From a virus (lineage: Duplodnaviria; Heunggongvirae; Uroviricota; Caudoviricetes): DNA of 57,485 bases. The DNA is taken from positions 79,712-137,196 of IMG/VR virus record IMGVR_UViG_3300047476_001238. One strand, written 5' to 3'. Below are positions 45,816 through 55,393 of the stretch, piece by piece. Below the pieces are notes generated by a model. That model saw only the letters and a program-made list of their open reading frames with translations. It did not search any database and had not been told where the DNA came from. The translations under genes were made by a program, and so were the position numbers. Within the stretch, counting starts at the first letter, position 1. Every line of letters begins with the position of its first letter.

Positions 45816-48800
45816 TTATATCTTCATCAGCGTTGCGAATGATTTAACATTGACATTGCCAACTGGCGTAGCGTTCAAGTTCACGTCATTACCAGATATG
45901 TTAGCACTAAATGTTGCTAGATTTGCTGTACCGGTGAATGTGACAGCATATGTTGCTATTGTGGCAGTTGTACCGTTGTGTACACAAATAACTTCTGCTG
46001 ATTGATATTCGCCGGAGTCTTCGTCACTGACCTGCACAAAGAACTTGCCACTTCTATGTACGGTTTTGTCAAAGCTTTGAATCTTTCCAGTTGTACCTGA
46101 CGATACTTGTGTATTTGATGTATTGTCAATTGTCATTAGGCCAGCAATGATTGTGACGCTGGTATTGGCCTGGAATACGTTGGCAGTTAGAGTGGTGAAA
46201 TTACCGGTGTTGCCTACATTACCACCAATTGGTGTATCGTCAATCGGGCCGCCTGTTAATGCTACACCGCTGATTGTACCGCCGCTTAGATTGATGTTGC
46301 TTGCATACAAGTAGTCAACACGGTAGTCTGGTGCACCAATATTTGATTTTGTGACTGGATAAAGATCACCGTTAGTGTCCATTCTCCAGTTTTCCACAGT
46401 GCCCAATGCTACATTACCAGTATAGAAACTCAACGAAGTATTATTGGCAACAAATTGATTAAATCCGTTATCACTGGCCAATTGGTTAACAACTGAAGTG
46501 GTAGTTAATATTCTTGTATCAATAACGTCGCCTAATGCCGGGGCTTCAGTGAATTCTAGTGTTGACCCTGAAACACTGTATGCAGTACTTGGTATCTGTA
46601 ATACACCGTTGATACTTACCATAGTACCAGCAGTTGTGCCGGTTCCTGCTAAAGTAAATGTAGTATTAACACCATCAACATTACCGTATGGCGATCCTGA
46701 TGCTAATTCAAATACTCTGGTTGTGATAACTGTAAATGCTGATCCAGCATTGTTCCACTGGCTATTTCCGTAATACTCAAGAACTCCTGTGGTTGAGTTG
46801 TATCGTAGCATCCCGTCAACATCAGTATATCCTTGGCCGCTTGGTCTTTGAGCACTGGTTCCTACTGGCACAATCAATGAGTCGTTGCTGCTAACTGTTA
46901 ATTTTGCACCTTGCGATACGTTTGCGGCTACCAGATTGCCACCAATGGTCACTTGATCATATGTGCCATCAGACACAGCGTACAATAACGATCTATCGTT
47001 AACACCACGAATTATGGTATCGTGTATGCTTTGTGAACCATTAATAACAGTACCTTGACCAACGTATAAATTGCCACCAACGGCTGCACCACCTGTACCA
47101 GGTATCACCAATGCGCCGCCGGTGCTGGCTGTGGCTGCTGCGGCAGTGTAGTTTGTGGTCACACGCGAATTGGCTAGTACATTACCGTTTAGTACTGATA
47201 CTTGATCAACACGTAAATTTTCGTTGATGCCCAAGCTGGCAGCAAAATAACTGTCGCCGCCAACTGCTAATCCTCCAGAACTGACTCTCAATGATTGTCC
47301 AGCATTTGCTGTATTGCTAGCTGTTCCGCCACTTAGTCCGCTAAGTGCGCCGCCTGTAATTTGAACATTGCCTGAACTAAAGTTAGTCACTACACCTGTA
47401 GTAGTGGCAGAAGAAGTAATTAAAGCATTGGCTGTGCTAGAGTTATTGGCTTGTAAATCAACATTATAAATTACGCCTGCAGAAATTAACACATTACCAG
47501 AACTGAAGTTGGTAATTTGTCCGGTTGTTGTTGACAATGTGGTAATAGTGGCAGTGTTGTTGACCCTTAAGGTATCAACGTTGGCAAATGTAAAATAGCC
47601 AGCTGCCGGTGTCACTGCACCAATTGGTATATTGTTGATGCCATTTGTACCAGATCCGCCTCTTAACCATATTGTTCCTGTTGGGGTAGCAAACAAACTG
47701 GTAGTTGCTCGCATGTTTGTAGCAACAACGTTTGCAGCACTGGTAGCACCAATTGACATATTATCAATGGTACCAATAATTAATGGATCAATTGCTACTG
47801 TTGCTCCGCCAGTTTGCGGTTTTAGATAAACGTTTGATGTTATGTTTAATGTAGGAGCAATTACCTGCTTGTTAAAATTCCAACTGTCGCCTGTGCTTGC
47901 ATAAAGAATAGTAGCATTGGCACCTTCTAATGTAATTCCACCACCATCGGCCGCTGATGAATTTACTGCGCCTTTGGCGATTGTAATATTTTTGTCTTCT
48001 ACGTCTAAAGTGTTGGTGTTAAGAGTAGTTGTTGTACCTTGTACAGTTAAATTACCGGCAACATATAAATCCTCGCCAACATTGACATTTCCGCCAATAC
48101 CAGCACCACCAACTACAACCAATGCGCCAGTGGTTGTACTGGTACTTGATTGCGAACTAGCTGCTACTAAATTACCACCTATTGTTGCAACTTCTGTTGT
48201 TGCAATGTTTGCTATTCCAGTTATATAACCGCCGGTGATAACTGCATTGGCGGTGCTAAAATTATCAGTTCTACCAGTTGTGATATACGCATTTGTTAAT
48301 GCACTTATATATCCACCAGAAATTACAATATTGCCAGTGCTGGCATTGGTAGCATTGAATGTAGTAAAATAACCGCTGGCCGCAGTTTCAGTGCCAATTG
48401 GAGTGTTTTGAATACTTCCAGCATATACTGTACCTGTAATGCCCGCGCCACCTGCTACTATCACTGCGCCAGTTGATGTACTTGAACTGACTGTGTTGGC
48501 GTATACTATCAATCCATTGCTAGAAAAAGCGCCTTTAACTGCGCCACTGCCAAAGTCGCCAACCTGGAACGCAATACCATTTGCTGGTCCGCTGGTATGA
48601 TTAACAATAAATAGGTTTCCGGTACTACCAACTCCATGATGAATCAGATATCCATCATTTGCTCCCATAGAAGGAAAGTTAGTGGGATCCAAGAACGTAC
48701 TGCTGTTGATACCCATGTTGATGTAGCCTTCGGTATCTGTTCCGTTGTCCGCTGTGGCTACAAAGTCAGTTGATGCAAAGCAGTTGCTACTTAAATTTTG

Positions 48801-49622
48801 GAAGTTAACCTGTGCATAAGTGTCAACATTGCCGGACAGTTGTAATACTGTAGTAGGCAGTGCAGTGTATGTTGATGTTCCAGCGTACAGCGCACCAATG
48901 CCACCGGCATTACCGTAGAATACACCAGTATTGCTAAATGTGCCACCAACTGGCACATTGATGTTTCCGCTTAGTTGGATATTACCTGCTGATATATTAC
49001 CCGCAAAGGTACTAGGTCCTTGCACCCATAGATCGCCAGTAATACCGGCGCCACCGCCATTGGACACTACCAGAGCACCGGTTGTATAGTTTGTTGCGTT
49101 AACTCCGGACGCTGCGACTATGTTGCCAGAGGCAGTATAAACACCGCTGACATTTAAATTTGTAATTCTTGCAGTTTGAATTGCGGCCGTGTTGGCTACT
49201 GTTATATTACCAGCAATTAAGTTTGCTTTGAAATTTTGGCTGACAGCGCCTTTTGTTGCACCAGTTTCTGATGTTAAAAGAGCAATGAATGCGCCGTCAG
49301 TTTCAGACCATACAAGTGCTGCGTTAACTGAGCCGTAATTGCCAAGACTACCAAGGCTTCGATCAACCAAAAAGCCCACATCGTATGATGGGGTTCCTAC
49401 ATAACCTGCATTAAAAACAATTAAAGGATCATTGACAGTAGTATCAATGGAATTTACAGTAGTGGTATTTCCATTAACTGTAAGATTTCCAGTGATCGAA
49501 ACATTGGAATTTAATGTAAGATTAGCATTAAAAACTGATCCAACAAGAGTTCCTGGAGCAATTTTTTGATAGGTAATGGTACTATCAGTAATCTGATTAT
49601 TCTTAATTCTTGTAACGGCCAT
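45816..49622 (-). CDS. 1268-aa long tail fibre-like protein
   Basis: Three TGA.(V/I)V..GG.GI.G shaft repeats; G/N/T-rich; own TAAATA box 49656-49661. Confidence 0.75.
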   Translation of the reverse strand: MAVTRIKNNQITDSTITYQKIAPGTLVGSVFNANLTLNSNVSITGNLTVNGNTTTVNSIDTTVNDPLIVFNAGYVGTPSYDVGFLVDRSLGSLGNYGSVNAALVWSETDGAFIALLTSETGATKGAVSQNFKANLIAGNITVANTAAIQTARITNLNVSGVYTASGNIVAASGVNATNYTTGALVVSNGGGAGITGDLWVQGPSTFAGNISAGNIQLSGNINVPVGGTFSNTGVFYGNAGGIGALYAGTSTYTALPTTVLQLSGNVDTYAQVNFQNLSSNCFASTDFVATADNGTDTEGYINMGINSSTFLDPTNFPSMGANDGYLIHHGVGSTGNLFIVNHTSGPANGIAFQVGDFGSGAVKGAFSSNGLIVYANTVSSSTSTGAVIVAGGAGITGTVYAGSIQNTPIGTETAASGYFTTFNATNASTGNIVISGGYISALTNAYITTGRTDNFSTANAVITGGYITGIANIATTEVATIGGNLVAASSQSSTSTTTGALVVVGGAGIGGNVNVGEDLYVAGNLTVQGTTTTLNTNTLDVEDKNITIAKGAVNSSAADGGGITLEGANATILYASTGDSWNFNKQVIAPTLNITSNVYLKPQTGGATVAIDPLIIGTIDNMSIGATSAANVVATNMRATTSLFATPTGTIWLRGGSGTNGINNIPIGAVTPAAGYFTFANVDTLRVNNTATITTLSTTTGQITNFSSGNVLISAGVIYNVDLQANNSSTANALITSSATTTGVVTNFSSGNVQITGGALSGLSGGTASNTANAGQSLRVSSGGLAVGGDSYFAASLGINENLRVDQVSVLNGNVLANSRVTTNYTAAAATASTGGALVIPGTGGAAVGGNLYVGQGTVINGSQSIHDTIIRGVNDRSLLYAVSDGTYDQVTIGGNLVAANVSQGAKLTVSSNDSLIVPVGTSAQRPSGQGYTDVDGMLRYNSTTGVLEYYGNSQWNNAGSAFTVITTRVFELASGSPYGNVDGVNTTFTLAGTGTTAGTMVSINGVLQIPSTAYSVSGSTLEFTEAPALGDVIDTRILTTTSVVNQLASDNGFNQFVANNTSLSFYTGNVALGTVENWRMDTNGDLYPVTKSNIGAPDYRVDYLYASNINLSGGTISGVALTGGPIDDTPIGGNVGNTGNFTTLTANVFQANTSVTIIAGLMTIDNTSNTQVSSGTTGKIQSFDKTVHRSGKFFVQVSDEDSGEYQSAEVICVHNGTTATIATYAVTFTGTANLATFSANISGNDVNLNATPVGNVNVKSFATLMKI

Positions 49623-49695
49623 CGCAAAGTCCTTGGTTTATACTAATATTGTTAGTATTTACCAAAAATTAGAATTAACTTGTTTTGCCAAGAAT

Positions 49696-52041
49696 TTAAG
49701 ACTTCATTATGTAGCAGAGTGCGTAGTACGGTGGTAAATTAGCGTTTGTACCCGACGTACCTTCTGTACTAATTCCAACAGAAATACCAGTTCTACTGCT
49801 TGTAGTTGCAACGTTTGCAGTATTTTTCTCATCAGGCCCGGTTCTACCTGATGAGTCCACCGTGCCGTCACCTGAGAAAGGATCACTGATAAATCTCCAG
49901 GTCGAAGGAGGATAGTGAACGTGCCCGGGATCTGTGACTGTTGCAGTGTGACTGTGACTCACCACAACAGCATCAGCAGTACCGCCTGTTGCCCCTACAG
50001 CATACGAAGATCCTGTTCCAGCGCCAACAACGAATCTATTACGTAAATCTGGTGTACCGTTTGATCCATTACATAACAGCCAACCTGTTGGGATGTTCGC
50101 TTCTGACCCTGACCACATAATGATTCCACCAGGTGGTATTACTCCGCCGCCGGTGCCGGCAATAATTAAACTGCCAGTGACTACAACATTCCCGTTAGCA
50201 ACAACAGCATTACCTGATCCAGATCCAACATTAATATTACCTGCTATACCCACACCGCCACGCACAACCAGGGCGCCGGTGGTAGTTGATGTAGAGTTCG
50301 TAGTTGCCACAACAACTAAGTTGCCATTGGAATTTGTGCCAATTTTGGTATTTGCGTAGGCTTGGAATGCGCCAAGATTAGCACTAGTTGCTATATTTTC
50401 AGAAACTATATTTCCAATGTTGGCATTGGCGTATGTTTGATACGAGCCCAAATTGGCCTGTATTGCCACAACATTAGCATTAGCGTAAGTCTGATACGAA
50501 CTTGAACTAGTGTTAGCATAGATTTGGTACGCACCCAAATTGGCTCTAATAGCATTAATAAGCGGGTCAAAGTTCAGATATTCTGCCACTACAACATTAC
50601 CGTAGCTGCCTGCAACAAATAGAGCATCTGCTAAACCTGCATCAACATAGGTTTTCATTGCAGTGTTGGCAGTAATCATAGCAACGTTAGCTGCTGCCAC
50701 ATTGGCATTTATTGCTGCTATGTTGGATTCAATTCCAGTCACATCAACATTTGCTCCGCCAACTGTTGAACCGGCTGGAAGCTGAATGGTGTTGCCTACT
50801 GCACTTAGTGTAGCTGATCCTATATTAATTGTATTGCCACTCAACCATAGATCACGCCATCTAAAATTAGGTGATCCTAAATCATAAGTCACGTTGGCAC
50901 TAGGGCTTACGTTGCTGGCTATATTAGCAAAGTTGATTGTCAATGCTGCCACACCAGACGCCAAGAATCTAATTTCAATTACATCTGTGACCAACGGAAC
51001 TTCGGCAAAGGTAATTTGATTACCTGACACACTGTATGCACCTGCGCCAGCCTGTTGAATTGTACCGTTAATATTAACTAGTACAGCATTTTCTACCGTA
51101 GATTGATTTAGAGTATAAGTGTCGCTGGTACCATTAGGGACAATTTGTTGCGTACTGATCAAGTTTGATCCTGCGACCCATTGTGATCCTCCCCACCACT
51201 CAATTGATCCAATATCTGTATTATATCTTACATAACCGTAATCAGGACTAGGCGGTCTTTCTGCGGTTGTACCGGATGGAATATCAAATGCACTAACACT
51301 GTCAAATCTGATTATGTTATTGGGGTCTGCTGTACCGGCACTGATGTGTAGATCACCGGTGGGGCTGGTAATTTTCTGCGCTACAACGTTTCCGGTTGCG
51401 GTCATTGTACCGTTTACATTTACTGTATTGAAATTTCCGTACGATCCTGCAACATTACCTTCAAGCCAACCAGAATATAAATTGCCGCTGAATTCGCCAA
51501 AGGTTCCTGTGATGTTTCCTGTCAGATTGGCAGTCACATTACCACTGGAAGTATTCAAATTACCTGTGAGATTGCTGGCATAAACATTGCCAGCATAGAA
51601 ATCATTTGAGGTGGTCACTGAACCAACCCCATTAGCTGACAATATTAGATTACCGTCAGTATTGGTAATAGAAATAGTATTATTGGTTAATAATAAATTA
51701 CCCCAACTGACATCTAGGTCGCTGATTTGACCCCATGCTAGATTTCCATTGCCGTCAGTGTAAATTACATAATTAGCGGATCCGCCGGCGATAGTGATGT
51801 TAGAGATACTTCCCAAGTCAACAACACCGGTGTTCGAGGAAATAGAATTTCCTTGAATAAGAATATTTGCTAGACGTACATTACCTGGATTGTCTATAGA
51901 ATATTGAGGCGAGGTATTATTAATACCCACCCTTCTATTAGTGACATCTAAATAAACTAGATTAGAATCAAATGCTAGATCAACCCCTTGTCGTTCAAGG
52001 TTGCTAAACAGCATTGGTCCGGATATACGCCCAATTGCCAT
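49696..52041 (-). CDS. Tail fibre with C-terminal tail-collar domain
   Basis: PPGGIIMWSG...PTGWLLCNG...PDLRNRFVVG...NLPPYYALCYIMK. Confidence 0.85.
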   Translation of the reverse strand: MAIGRISGPMLFSNLERQGVDLAFDSNLVYLDVTNRRVGINNTSPQYSIDNPGNVRLANILIQGNSISSNTGVVDLGSISNITIAGGSANYVIYTDGNGNLAWGQISDLDVSWGNLLLTNNTISITNTDGNLILSANGVGSVTTSNDFYAGNVYASNLTGNLNTSSGNVTANLTGNITGTFGEFSGNLYSGWLEGNVAGSYGNFNTVNVNGTMTATGNVVAQKITSPTGDLHISAGTADPNNIIRFDSVSAFDIPSGTTAERPPSPDYGYVRYNTDIGSIEWWGGSQWVAGSNLISTQQIVPNGTSDTYTLNQSTVENAVLVNINGTIQQAGAGAYSVSGNQITFAEVPLVTDVIEIRFLASGVAALTINFANIASNVSPSANVTYDLGSPNFRWRDLWLSGNTINIGSATLSAVGNTIQLPAGSTVGGANVDVTGIESNIAAINANVAAANVAMITANTAMKTYVDAGLADALFVAGSYGNVVVAEYLNFDPLINAIRANLGAYQIYANTSSSSYQTYANANVVAIQANLGSYQTYANANIGNIVSENIATSANLGAFQAYANTKIGTNSNGNLVVVATTNSTSTTTGALVVRGGVGIAGNINVGSGSGNAVVANGNVVVTGSLIIAGTGGGVIPPGGIIMWSGSEANIPTGWLLCNGSNGTPDLRNRFVVGAGTGSSYAVGATGGTADAVVVSHSHTATVTDPGHVHYPPSTWRFISDPFSGDGTVDSSGRTGPDEKNTANVATTSSRTGISVGISTEGTSGTNANLPPYYALCYIMKS

Positions 52042-52050
52042 CGTCGACCC

Positions 52051-52473
52051 TTATGTAGCGTTAGTGCTGTTTAGGTTATGAACAACAACAATTTTGTTTG
52101 GGTTCACTCCTGGAGCAGGCGGCGGGCTGGTAAAACTTATTGTGGTTCCAGAAACAGTATATGCTGTGGTTGGTTGCTGATAAACACCACCAATAGAAAC
52201 TAACACTGCACTGTCTGAGCTTTCGCTTTGACTCATGACAAAATTGGTTTGTATGCCGTCACCAGTAAATTCATCTACAACAATTGCCACTGTTCCTATT
52301 TTGGCCACTTGATTCCATGCACCGTTATAAAATAATTCAACTTTTGTATTAGTCAAATTAAATCTAATTTGTCCGGTGACTGGAACATCTGGACCAACAC
52401 TACTGTATCCTAGAGGCAGTTGTAGTGCGTAGCTCCCGCCTTTTAATTGAGTATTCTTTAAGAATCGTGCCAT
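52051..52473 (-). CDS. Small fibre-associated structural protein
   Basis: GQIRFN...YNGAW module plus FTGDG...GGVYQ..AY.VSG module. Confidence 0.65.
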   Translation of the reverse strand: MARFLKNTQLKGGSYALQLPLGYSSVGPDVPVTGQIRFNLTNTKVELFYNGAWNQVAKIGTVAIVVDEFTGDGIQTNFVMSQSESSDSAVLVSIGGVYQQPTTAYTVSGTTISFTSPPPAPGVNPNKIVVVHNLNSTNAT

Positions 52474-52475
52474 TA

Positions 52476-52799
52476 TTACAAACCTATAGTGCTTACTGTA
52501 GCAATCAAACTATCGCCTGCCGAAGTATTAGCACGGATAGTGTCGCCGGTTCCAAAAACTAGTTTTTCCCAATCTACAACCAATGTATCACCGCCTGTAA
52601 TAGTCACATTGCTATATACAATATTATTAGCATTTGCTATAAAACTTCCAGGAACTACATATACATTTACTGTTAAATTGGCAGCGGTACGATTGCAAAG
52701 ATACATTGTTGTTAATGCATCACCATTAGTGCTAGAGCAAGCAAATATATTTGCTGCTGGTTGTCCCGAATCTACGACTGCTGTGTTATGAATTGCCAT
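52476..52799 (-). CDS. Small beta-rich structural protein
   Basis: 107 aa within the fibre operon. Confidence 0.6.
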   Translation of the reverse strand: MAIHNTAVVDSGQPAANIFACSSTNGDALTTMYLCNRTAANLTVNVYVVPGSFIANANNIVYSNVTITGGDTLVVDWEKLVFGTGDTIRANTSAGDSLIATVSTIGL

Positions 52800-52808
52800 G
52801 TTAAATCC

Positions 52809-53450
52809 TTATAATACCATTGAATAGACAATTGCTTTTCTTGTACTGGCCAATTCTCTATTTGTATTTGTTGTGTTTGTCACGAACAGCCCTGACCCAC
52901 CTGAGTTAGGAGCTTGAGTGTAAATTACATTATACCCGGCTATGGCACTGGGTACGGTGTTTGTATTTTTTATTGCCAAATTGCTATCAATTATGACTTG
53001 TGCAGTATTTGAGCTGAAGATCGTTCTTGCTAATACATCTAAGTTGCCGCCAAGTTGCGGAGCCGAGTCGTCAATGATAGCAACTGCTGCTGCGCCCGAA
53101 CTGGTAGTGATGTTTCCGTATGTTGTTCCGTCATTTGTAATTTGCCATTTGTCAAAAGTTTCGTTCCAACGAATAGAAACGTTTGCAAGTCCTGACCCGG
53201 TTCCATCTTTTCTATCAACTTCGATACCAGCTACACCTAAAACTACACCACCGGCTCCGCCGCCGCCCTTGTTGAGTGTGATAGTATTATCACTAACTTC
53301 CATTTCTACTTTTGTGACAGTTGTAGTATTGCCGCCAACAGTCAGGTTTCCATCAATAAAAACGGTACGTGTAGCTAAAGTGATATCCGCTGCGGGATTG
53401 ACTTTATTGGTGATAACAAGATCTGTATTTAAATTTTGTACAGAAGGCAT
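52809..53450 (-). CDS. Fibre-related structural protein
   Basis: GNLTVGGNTTTV...DN.ITLNKG motif also present in the 1268-aa fibre; TAAATA 53472-53477. Confidence 0.65.
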   Translation of the reverse strand: MPSVQNLNTDLVITNKVNPAADITLATRTVFIDGNLTVGGNTTTVTKVEMEVSDNTITLNKGGGGAGGVVLGVAGIEVDRKDGTGSGLANVSIRWNETFDKWQITNDGTTYGNITTSSGAAAVAIIDDSAPQLGGNLDVLARTIFSSNTAQVIIDSNLAIKNTNTVPSAIAGYNVIYTQAPNSGGSGLFVTNTTNTNRELASTRKAIVYSMVL

Positions 53451-53503
53451 TTATATAGTCCTTATTCAGTGTATTTATGCGGGCTAAAGGTTTGTGAATC
53501 CAT

Positions 53504-53527
53504 AAAAAAACCCGCCGAAGCGGGTTT
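53504..53527 (-). terminator. Rho-independent terminator
   Basis: AAACCCGC-TTCG-GCGGGTTT plus T-tract; C(UUCG)G tetraloop. Confidence 0.92.
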
Positions 53528-53543
53528 AATTATTACGTTGCGA

Positions 53544-54035
53544 TTAATGACATTCTACGTTAGCAAAAGTGCTTGTAGCTACATTGTCGCTTGTGCGCCA
53601 ACGATATCTGTTGTTGCTAAAATCCCAAACATATTTGTTAGAAATTCTCTTAACATAGAAACGAACATTACTGGTATTGTATCCTGTGACTGTCATTGCG
53701 GCTGCTCCGGATGCTGGGGCTGCATTTGCTGCATCTGCTCCAGCAGTTAAAGTAGCTACGGTGACGCTTGCATTGCTGTGAGTGGCATCTTCAATTGAGC
53801 CAACTGCGTTTGCTACCAAGAATTGTCTTGCACCTTTTTGTGCAACAATATATGCATTGCCGTGATATATGCTTGCATCTGTATTAAATTGAACTTTAAC
53901 AGTTTTTACACCTTGTACAGTGATCCACTGTGGGCGACCGCCAGTACCACCAATTGAGCTAATTGTTGTGCTTACTTCTTGATCAACTAGTGTACCATCA
54001 CTTCTTTCATGACTGATTTTTAAACCACGTGCCAT
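53544..54035 (-). CDS. 163-aa protein directly after the major capsid gene; possible head decoration protein
   Basis: Flanked by its own TAAATA box and terminator; AAGGAG SD; function inferred from position only. Confidence 0.5.
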   Translation of the reverse strand: MARGLKISHERSDGTLVDQEVSTTISSIGGTGGRPQWITVQGVKTVKVQFNTDASIYHGNAYIVAQKGARQFLVANAVGSIEDATHSNASVTVATLTAGADAANAAPASGAAAMTVTGYNTSNVRFYVKRISNKYVWDFSNNRYRWRTSDNVATSTFANVECH

Positions 54036-54122
54036 TTTGTTTTCTCCTTAAATTGGCGTTCTAGGCCTACGCGGTTGGCTCCGCATAAGTTCTCGAGAAC
54101 ATGTATATTTATTGTGACCAAC

Positions 54123-54145
54123 AAAAAAGGGCCTTGCGGCCCTTT
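54123..54145 (-). terminator. Rho-independent terminator after gp23
   Basis: AAAGGGCC-GCAA-GGCCCTTT plus T-tract. Confidence 0.9.
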
Positions 54146-54170
54146 AATGTTTCCCATCCCGAGTGGAAAA

Positions 54171-55367
54171 TTACTGGAACGATAGGTTCGAAACAGCAAT
54201 CTCACCTAGGTAGTCGGCAGCATTACCAAACGATGATGCTGTGTTTGTTAACTCGATATAACCATAACGAGTCATAAAGCCAACTACTGGCTCAAATGTT
54301 GCTGGATCTAGAACAACGCCAGAGCTCATTAGAGGGATATATGGGCAGTAGAACGCGGCTGCATCAGCCTCGCTTGAACCCTTATAACCAACTAGAACTG
54401 CTTGGCTATCGCTAGCATAGCTGTCAACGTAGATACGCATTGCGCCGTTTAGTGTACCAACAAACTTGGTGTTGGTAGGAGCTTCAAAGGTACCTTCAGT
54501 TGTACGTGCAAATGCCGAAGTTGTTGCGCTCTGTAGTACAGTTAGAGCTGCTGGACTTACAACTGCCCAGTTACCAGCGCCACGACGTGTACGTGAAGCG
54601 ATTAGGTTTGCTGTGCGGTTGATTAGAACAGCTAATGCAGCGTGTTCGTCACCAACGAAAGTAGCAGTACCACTTACAGCAGCTTGGTCGAATGTGAATT
54701 CGGTTGCTGCTAGACTACGTAGAGAACCTAAGATTTCTTGGTCGATCTCAACGGTGATCTCTTGTGCAAGAGCAGCCATGATTTCTGCTTCGATGTCAAG
54801 ACCATGCATGGCTTGTGCATCTTGAGCAGCTTCGAAAGTCCAGCGTGCGCTTAACTTACGAGTCTTGGCTTCAACTACTTGCTTTAAGATCTGAACGTTG
54901 ATACGATTACCAGTCACACCTTCAAGTGCGCTAGTAGCCGCTGCACGACCAGTAGTAGCAGTACCACCATTGGTTAAACCAGAGTATGCAACTGCAATCT
55001 TAAATGGACTTAATGCTTCGTCACCAGCAGTAGTACCAGTAGCGTATGGGCTAGCAGTATCTGTGGTAGTGTCAGCATAACGAACACGTAGAGTGTGAAT
55101 TTGTGCTACAGGGCCAGTCATCGGCTGAACACCAACGATTTCGTTAGCAATAACGGTTGGCATAACACGACGAATAACTGGTAGAATAACACGGTTTAGA
55201 GTTGCAACGTTTGATGCAGCAGTAGCGCCAGCAGTTGCAGTTTCCATTAGGTGCTTGCGGGTGTTTTCAAGAATAACGCCCATTGTGGTTCTTTTCGAAC
55301 CGTTTAAGCCTTCTAGCAGAGCGTCTTTTGTTTCGCCCCAACGGCTTTCTAATAGTGCTTGTGACAT
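54171..55367 (-). CDS. 23: Major capsid protein gp23
   Basis: VGVQPMTGP, KTRKLSARWTFEAAQD.QAMHGLD.EAE, YCPYIPL, GFMTRYG. Confidence 0.97.
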   Translation of the reverse strand: MSQALLESRWGETKDALLEGLNGSKRTTMGVILENTRKHLMETATAGATAASNVATLNRVILPVIRRVMPTVIANEIVGVQPMTGPVAQIHTLRVRYADTTTDTASPYATGTTAGDEALSPFKIAVAYSGLTNGGTATTGRAAATSALEGVTGNRINVQILKQVVEAKTRKLSARWTFEAAQDAQAMHGLDIEAEIMAALAQEITVEIDQEILGSLRSLAATEFTFDQAAVSGTATFVGDEHAALAVLINRTANLIASRTRRGAGNWAVVSPAALTVLQSATTSAFARTTEGTFEAPTNTKFVGTLNGAMRIYVDSYASDSQAVLVGYKGSSEADAAAFYCPYIPLMSSGVVLDPATFEPVVGFMTRYGYIELTNTASSFGNAADYLGEIAVSNLSFQ

Positions 55368-55393
55368 AATTTTCCTTTTCTCCTATTTAGGGT

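Larger units (their letters stand above)
5448..55389. promoter_or_regulatory. Genome-wide T4-type late promoter box TAAATA, 16 exact sites plus 1 variant before gene starts
   Basis: Minus: 5448, 7488, 19610, 20116, 22809, 23513, 26910, 29307, 41526, 44724, 49656, 53472, 54106, 55384, plus TAAGTA at 9065. Plus: 26969, 30885. Support is positional (short intergenic gaps), since the 6-mer is common in AT-rich DNA. Confidence 0.8.

Noticed and set aside
20123-54100. A common operator formed by palindromes near late promoters (CGAGCTCG 20123, CCTTTCGAAAGG 26949, GTTCTCGAGAAC 54089)
   Set aside because: The arms differ, positions relative to the box differ, and most late promoters have none; too weak to call a family.
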